DNA from: Rhodanobacter sp.
GTDB lineage: Bacteria; Pseudomonadota; Gammaproteobacteria; Xanthomonadales; Rhodanobacteraceae
Direction: 5' to 3'
Length of the DNA stretch: 64,000 bases
Assembly: GCA_035564915.1 (NCBI GenBank)
Contig: DATMTH010000024.1
Span: forward strand, 1,095 to 65,094
Shown: positions 59,653-64,000 of the stretch, in pieces
Layout: each line of letters opens with the position of its first letter
How positions within the stretch are numbered: the stretch's first letter is position 1
The notes under the pieces: generated by a model
Databases searched by the model: none
Seen by the model: only the letters and a program-made list of their open reading frames with translations
Told to the model about the DNA's origin: nothing
Made by a program: the position numbers and the translations under genes

Positions 59653-60258
59653 TTACAGCCGCAGCGAAATCAGCTGGATGCCGGGCTCATCCGGGATCAG
59701 GCGCCGGGTGAAGCCCAGTTCGTGGCACAACTGCAGCATCGGACGGTTTTCCATCAGCACATAGCCCCACAGTTCGGCAAGGCCACGGCGACGGCAGTCG
59801 TCGACCAGGTGCTGCATCAGCAGGGCACCAAGGCCAAGGCGGCCCCAGTCGTGCTCCACCAGCACCGAGAATTCGGCGCTGTCGGTGGCCTCGTCGACGT
59901 AAATCCGGCCTACGCCACGCATCTCGGCTGGCTGTACCGATTCGTCGATCAACACGCAGGCGGTTTCCAGCGCGGGATCGATATTGCACAGTCGCTGTGC
60001 CATGGGGGCAGGCAATTCGGCCATCGCATGCAGAAAGCGGCGGCGGATATCTCCCGGCGACAGTCGCGCGAAACAACGCTGCATCGCGCTCACGTCACCC
60101 GGTTCGATCGTGCGCAAGAGCAGGTTGCGGTTATCGTGGGTGCGTACCGGCTCGCCAGCGGATGCTGGGGCCATGCGCGAGCGCGCGAACCGTTCACTGC
60201 TGCGCGGTGGCAGCGAGGCATGGCGGGTGGGCGAGGAAAAGTCGATGGCAGGGATCAT
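59653..60258 (-). CDS. GNAT family acetyltransferase (stand-alone Pat/YfiQ C-terminal-like)
   Basis: LRTIEPGD..F.RLS...RRRF, AEFSVLVEHDW..LGLGALLM, GYVLMENRPMLQL..ELGF. Confidence 0.85.
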   Translation of the reverse strand: MIPAIDFSSPTRHASLPPRSSERFARSRMAPASAGEPVRTHDNRNLLLRTIEPGDVSAMQRCFARLSPGDIRRRFLHAMAELPAPMAQRLCNIDPALETACVLIDESVQPAEMRGVGRIYVDEATDSAEFSVLVEHDWGRLGLGALLMQHLVDDCRRRGLAELWGYVLMENRPMLQLCHELGFTRRLIPDEPGIQLISLRL

Positions 60259-60453
60259 GTCAGCTCCATACTTTTGCGTATTGTGTGCAATGCAGCATTC
60301 GTTTGCAATGCCAAATGCTCATCAATTCATGATGAACATGCGAGCGGTAATGTCGCGGCATGCGATTCGTGCTGCGATACGGCATGCCACTGGCCTGGCA
60401 GACAGGTCCTGCGGCACCTTGCACAATGCACGCTGGATCGACTGGGCCATCGC

Positions 60454-60852
60454 ATGAGAAAAACTCCATCCACAGGTCTCTCCGTCGCGCAGCTTGAAGC
60501 GCTTTGCACTGGCTGGCCGGGTGTGACCCGCGACATCAAGTGGGGTGACAACCTGGTGTTCAGTATCGGCGGAAAGATGTTCGTGATGACCCATGCGGAC
60601 GGTCGCGAAGGCGGTCGTCTCGCGTTCAAGGTGGCGGACGAGCGTTTCCTCGAGCTGACTGATCAGCCCGGTGTCGTTCCTGCACCCTACCTGGCACGGG
60701 CGCGCTGGGTCTCCATCATCGAGCCGTCGCGCTTCACCACGGGAGAGTTGCGGGCGCTGCTGCTGGATGCCTACGTCGAGGTACGCGCGAAGCTGTCGAG
60801 AAAACTGCAGCTCGAGCTTGGCCCGTTACCCACATTCCAGGACAAGCCATGA
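60454..60852 (+). CDS. MmcQ/YjbR family DNA-binding protein
   Basis: DIKWGDNLVFSIGGKMF, FKV, PAPYLARARWV; the real start is the ATG at 60454 within the longer listed ORF. Confidence 0.9.
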   Translation: MRKTPSTGLSVAQLEALCTGWPGVTRDIKWGDNLVFSIGGKMFVMTHADGREGGRLAFKVADERFLELTDQPGVVPAPYLARARWVSIIEPSRFTTGELRALLLDAYVEVRAKLSRKLQLELGPLPTFQDKP

Positions 60853-61238
60853 CCCAGTATCTGGGTGCGCTGGCGCTGCTGGTTGCCGACTACGACGAAG
60901 CGATCGCCTGGTACACCCAGGCCCTCGGTTTCGAACTGATCGAGGACATCGATCAAGGACACAAGCGCTGGGTCCAACTGGCGCCAGCGGGTTCGCGCGA
61001 AACGCGCCTGCTGCTGGCCAAGGCGCAAGGGGCCGAACAGGTCTCGCGGATCGGCAACCAGACCGGCGGCCGCGTCTTCCTGCTGCTCCACACAGATGAC
61101 TTCCAGCGCGACTGGCAACGAATGCGTGCCGCCGGCGTGCATTTTCGCGAAGAGCCGCGACATGAAGTCTATGGCACCGTGGCGGTATTCGAAGATCTGT
61201 ACGGGAATGGCTGGGATCTGCTGCAGCCAACGCGTTGA
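60849..61238 (+). CDS. VOC (glyoxalase/bleomycin resistance) family protein
   Basis: LLVADYDEAIAWY, KRWV, GNQTGGRVFL, YGTVAVFEDLYGNGWDL. Confidence 0.9.
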   Translation: MTQYLGALALLVADYDEAIAWYTQALGFELIEDIDQGHKRWVQLAPAGSRETRLLLAKAQGAEQVSRIGNQTGGRVFLLLHTDDFQRDWQRMRAAGVHFREEPRHEVYGTVAVFEDLYGNGWDLLQPTR

Positions 61239-61244
61239 AGGCGC

Positions 61245-61784
61245 TTACCAGATAAGGTCGTCCGGCACTTCGAACTGCTTGTAGTACTCGTCGTCAGCGA
61301 TGCTGTCGCTGTTGTTTTCGGCGCGGCCATGATCGAGCACGATCATCGTGGCATCGCGCTCGTGAACCTTGTCGGCAGCGGTCCGCGGCAACAGTTCGTA
61401 GGCTTCCCCGTGACGAACGATTGCCAGCGTGCCGGCGGCCAATTGTGCCCGCAGCGCTTCGTTTACCAGCACGTCCCTGATCTTGTTGCCATCGGTGAAG
61501 CGGTAGGCAATGTCGCCCTCGCGGCCGACCTTGTGCATGTCGATAATCTGGCGAATTTGCGAGAGCGCCTCGTTGATGCGTGCTTGCGCGTTGCGCTCGG
61601 CTGCCAGGGTGCGGTCACGTTCGGCCTTCTCGGCTTGCAGGCGTTGCGCGTCGACCTGCTGCATGTCAGGCGGTACCGGTTTGGTGTCCTTGCGTCGTGC
61701 TGCCTGTTCGCGCACGACTTTTGCCACCTGGTTCTTCTTGACCAGGCCAGCCTTGAGTAGTTGATCTTGCAGCGGATTGCGCAT
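61245..61784 (-). CDS. DUF2058 (YaiL-like) family protein
   Basis: LQDQLLKAGLV N-terminus; YKQFEVPDDLIW C-terminus. Confidence 0.9.
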   Translation of the reverse strand: MRNPLQDQLLKAGLVKKNQVAKVVREQAARRKDTKPVPPDMQQVDAQRLQAEKAERDRTLAAERNAQARINEALSQIRQIIDMHKVGREGDIAYRFTDGNKIRDVLVNEALRAQLAAGTLAIVRHGEAYELLPRTAADKVHERDATMIVLDHGRAENNSDSIADDEYYKQFEVPDDLIW

Positions 61785-62108
61785 GGGCGAAACGACGTTT
61801 AACTTGGCAAGGCAGGAGTGATGGATTGTAGCGTGTGTCGTGCTCTACGGTTCCGGGACGGTGTCTTTGGGTGCATTATCTTCTGTTTCCCGCAACTATT
61901 GATTTTTACACGGGCATCTGCCGGACATTCCGATCACCGCATGCGGCGGAATGAATTAAAGCAAGAAGCATGCGGACAATGCCGTTATCAAATCCGGAAA
62001 TGTGAAAAGGTGATGGCCAGCTCATTTTTCCGTTTGGTTGTTCAGTGTTGCAAAACCAGGGTGCTACATTCGTTCAGCGTCAACCACCTACTGAAAAGGG
62101 GATACACC

Positions 62109-62984
62109 ATGTTGAATAAACTGTCTTGTCGTGCCGCATTTGCCGGACTCCTGATGTTTGGCCTGGCGACCCCGCTTATGGCTGCCAGCATGCCATCCAC
62201 CGGGCTCGGGCAAGCGTGGCCCAATACCGTGGATGCGAGCTCAAGCCCCAGCTGGCATGCTTATGTGTTCATGCTTGGCGGCGTCAAATATGTGCAAATC
62301 AACGACGCCAATGGCAACGTGGTGGGTGCCGTGGGTACTGTCAATGGACAGTTCATCACCTTGCCCATTGGCCGTTTTTCTCAACTTGTGTCGACACCAC
62401 AGGATCCTGTGAATATCCGCAAACTGACGACCGCTGCATCGGTGGCAAGTCCGACAACGGTTTATCAGGACGGAACCATCCTGATTAAGGCTGCGACATT
62501 GAGCAATGGCATGGTGCAATTGACGGCGAGTACATGCGATCCGATCGAATGCAACAGCCATGTCAATGCGAGTGGAGCGGCGACGCAGTCGACGACGGAC
62601 CCGTGCGATCCGATCGAGTGCAACAGCCATGTCAAGGCGACTGCAGCGGCAGTGCAGTCGAAGACGGAAACGTGCGATCCGATCGAGTGCAACAGCCACG
62701 TCAATGCGACTGCAGCGTCGACGCAGTCAACGACGGAAACGTGCGATCCGATCGAGTGCAACAGCCATGTCAATGTGACTGCAGCGGCGACGCAGTCGAC
62801 GACGGACCCGTGCGATCCGATCGAATGCAACAGCCACATCAAGGTGAGCGGGGCAACGACGCAGTCGACGACGGGCACGTGCGACCCGGTCGAGTGCAAC
62901 AGCCACCTCAAGGTGAGCGGGGCAACGACGCAGTCGACGACGGAAACGTGTGACCCGATCGAGTGCAACAGCCACGTTCAGTAA
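62109..62984 (+). CDS. Secreted protein with an N-terminal globular domain and seven CDP(I/V)ECNSH repeats
   Basis: AAGGGG RBS; Sec signal MLNKLSCRAAFAGLLMFGLATPLMA; domain GLGQAWPN...WHAYVF..GVKYVQIND..LPIG; 23-aa repeats run to the C-terminus. Confidence 0.85.
   Translation: MLNKLSCRAAFAGLLMFGLATPLMAASMPSTGLGQAWPNTVDASSSPSWHAYVFMLGGVKYVQINDANGNVVGAVGTVNGQFITLPIGRFSQLVSTPQDPVNIRKLTTAASVASPTTVYQDGTILIKAATLSNGMVQLTASTCDPIECNSHVNASGAATQSTTDPCDPIECNSHVKATAAAVQSKTETCDPIECNSHVNATAASTQSTTETCDPIECNSHVNVTAAATQSTTDPCDPIECNSHIKVSGATTQSTTGTCDPVECNSHLKVSGATTQSTTETCDPIECNSHVQ
62535..62981 (+). repeat. 69-bp coding tandem repeat, seven cores
   Basis: TGYGAYCCGRTCGARTGCAACAGCCAY starts at 62535, 62604, 62673, 62742, 62811, 62880 and 62949. 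Confidence 0.95.
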
Positions 62985-62995
62985 GTGGCGCAGAG

Positions 62996-63034
62996 AAGCT
63001 CAGTGGGGTTTCGCCCCGCTGGGCTTTTCGTTTT
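62996..63034 (+). terminator. Intrinsic terminator after the repeat-protein gene
   Basis: AAGCTCAGTGGGG-TTTCG-CCCCGCTGGGCTT followed by TTCGTTTT. Confidence 0.8.
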
Positions 63035-64000
63035 CGGTTCTCTGCGGATCAAACAGCAGCACGCTGACTCGTCGCCCATCGGGCAGGGAGCGCTCACGGG
63101 CATAGCCTTCGAAGGTAGTGGCCCGGTCGAGTATGGATGGGAAACCCCGGCCACTGCCCGCCGGCAGAATATGCTGCATGAGTTGATCCCAGGGAATGCC
63201 CGCGGAGCGGGCTTGGTCAGCCTTGGATCCAAGCCTCAATACCACCCACAGACGGCCTCGATATTCGCCGCAACGCAAGCGCACACTGAATGCGGCGGCC
63301 CGTTTCCGGGAGCAGGTATCCGCTATGGCATCGCACACCAGACGGTAGATTGCCAGTTGCAAGGCAGATGACAGCTGATTCAGCGGACCTCGCAGATCAC
63401 ACCAGTATCTGATGCCGGCCTTGTCGAGTGCACGAGGAATCTGTCCTTCGCGCAATGCGGAAGAAAGCCCTTTTTCCTCCCAACCGACGGGATAGAGGCT
63501 GTCAGCGAGCCCGAACAATTGATCTTTCGCGTTCATGGCAAGGTGGTGATAACTGCGGTCATCGCTGACGGCATAGGGCTGTTGTTGCCGGTTTGTCAGC
63601 ACCGAGCAAACGGAGTGAACAAGCAATCCGATCTGTTCCAGCGTCTGGGAAGTCATCCGCAGCTGCGTTTCGCCGAGTTCCGTGTTTCGCTGGGCCAGTG
63701 ACAAGGCCAGGCGCATCTCCGACTGTTCGTTGCGAACCCGGCCATCAAGCATGGCGATGCGTGCGCCCATCAGCAGCATCGTCGATATGACGAAGGCGAC
63801 GACAATTTCGGCCTGGATGGTGTCGTGATCGTAGCGATGCGGCATCAGTGCCAGGATGGCCAGGCTCGCGGCGGCGCCCCCCACGGCGGCACCGTGCCAG
63901 CCATGGCGAAGTGCCAGCCATACGATGGGCAGGAACATGGCGATTTGAGCGACCTGCCTGATCTGGGTGCCGGGAGCCGTGCTCAGGCCGACCCAGACCA
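63000..64000 (-). CDS. MASE1-type membrane sensor with degenerate UhpB/NarX-like histidine kinase domain, 5'-truncated by the window edge
   Basis: LPIVWLALRHGWHGAAVG membrane motif; LYPVGWEEKGLSSAL, LQLAIYRLVCDAI and GSGRG..ILDRA resemble HisKA_3/HATPase_c elements; frame is open to 64000. Confidence 0.75.
   Translation of the reverse strand, partial: VWVGLSTAPGTQIRQVAQIAMFLPIVWLALRHGWHGAAVGGAAASLAILALMPHRYDHDTIQAEIVVAFVISTMLLMGARIAMLDGRVRNEQSEMRLALSLAQRNTELGETQLRMTSQTLEQIGLLVHSVCSVLTNRQQQPYAVSDDRSYHHLAMNAKDQLFGLADSLYPVGWEEKGLSSALREGQIPRALDKAGIRYWCDLRGPLNQLSSALQLAIYRLVCDAIADTCSRKRAAAFSVRLRCGEYRGRLWVVLRLGSKADQARSAGIPWDQLMQHILPAGSGRGFPSILDRATTFEGYARERSLPDGRRVSVLLFDPQRTENEKPSGAKPH

Noticed and set aside
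61818-62108. 97-codon N-terminal extension of the repeat-protein ORF
   Set aside because: The RBS and signal peptide mark ATG 62109 as the start; the upstream AT-richer stretch looks like promoter DNA
62535-62981. CRISPR-like look (conserved ~30 bp plus variable ~39 bp at a regular period)
   Set aside because: The spacers are homologous to each other, the period is a multiple of three inside an ORF, variation is mostly synonymous, and there are no cas genes
62535-62981. Multiheme cytochrome c or graspetide precursor
   Set aside because: The motif is C-x4-C-N-S-H, not CxxCH or CxxxxCH; it does not match the TxxTxxxExxD-type graspetide cores, no ATP-grasp ligase is in the window, and the protein has a Sec signal

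Overview
High-GC gammaproteobacterial chromosome segment. Gene order and content (trpF-trpI-trpBA-accD, gltX-zur, yerC-hisGDCBHAF(IE), large NAD-GDH-nadK-5'-nucleotidase, mfd) point to Xanthomonadales, probably Rhodanobacteraceae (inference). Most of the window is core metabolism. Product calls come from recognising protein motifs by eye; no database search was run. Most notable items: (1) a secreted protein (62109-62984) with an N-terminal globular domain followed by seven 23-aa repeats of a CDP(I/V)ECNSH core, convergent with a MASE1-type sensor whose kinase motifs look degenerate (a candidate peptide-signal or multi-core precursor system); (2) a decayed integron-like cassette cluster with about five attC-like sites and no integrase (46500-48062); (3) three exact-length 47-bp triple DnaA-box modules downstream of accD, resembling DARS/datA sites; (4) small genes missing from the ORF track (ribosomal protein bTHX and a 33-aa Lys-rich protein); (5) recognisable TrpI, Zur, TrpR-like and sigma54 sites; (6) a pseudouridine-synthase homologue lacking the catalytic Asp. 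No rRNA, tRNA, CRISPR array, transposase or integrase was seen.
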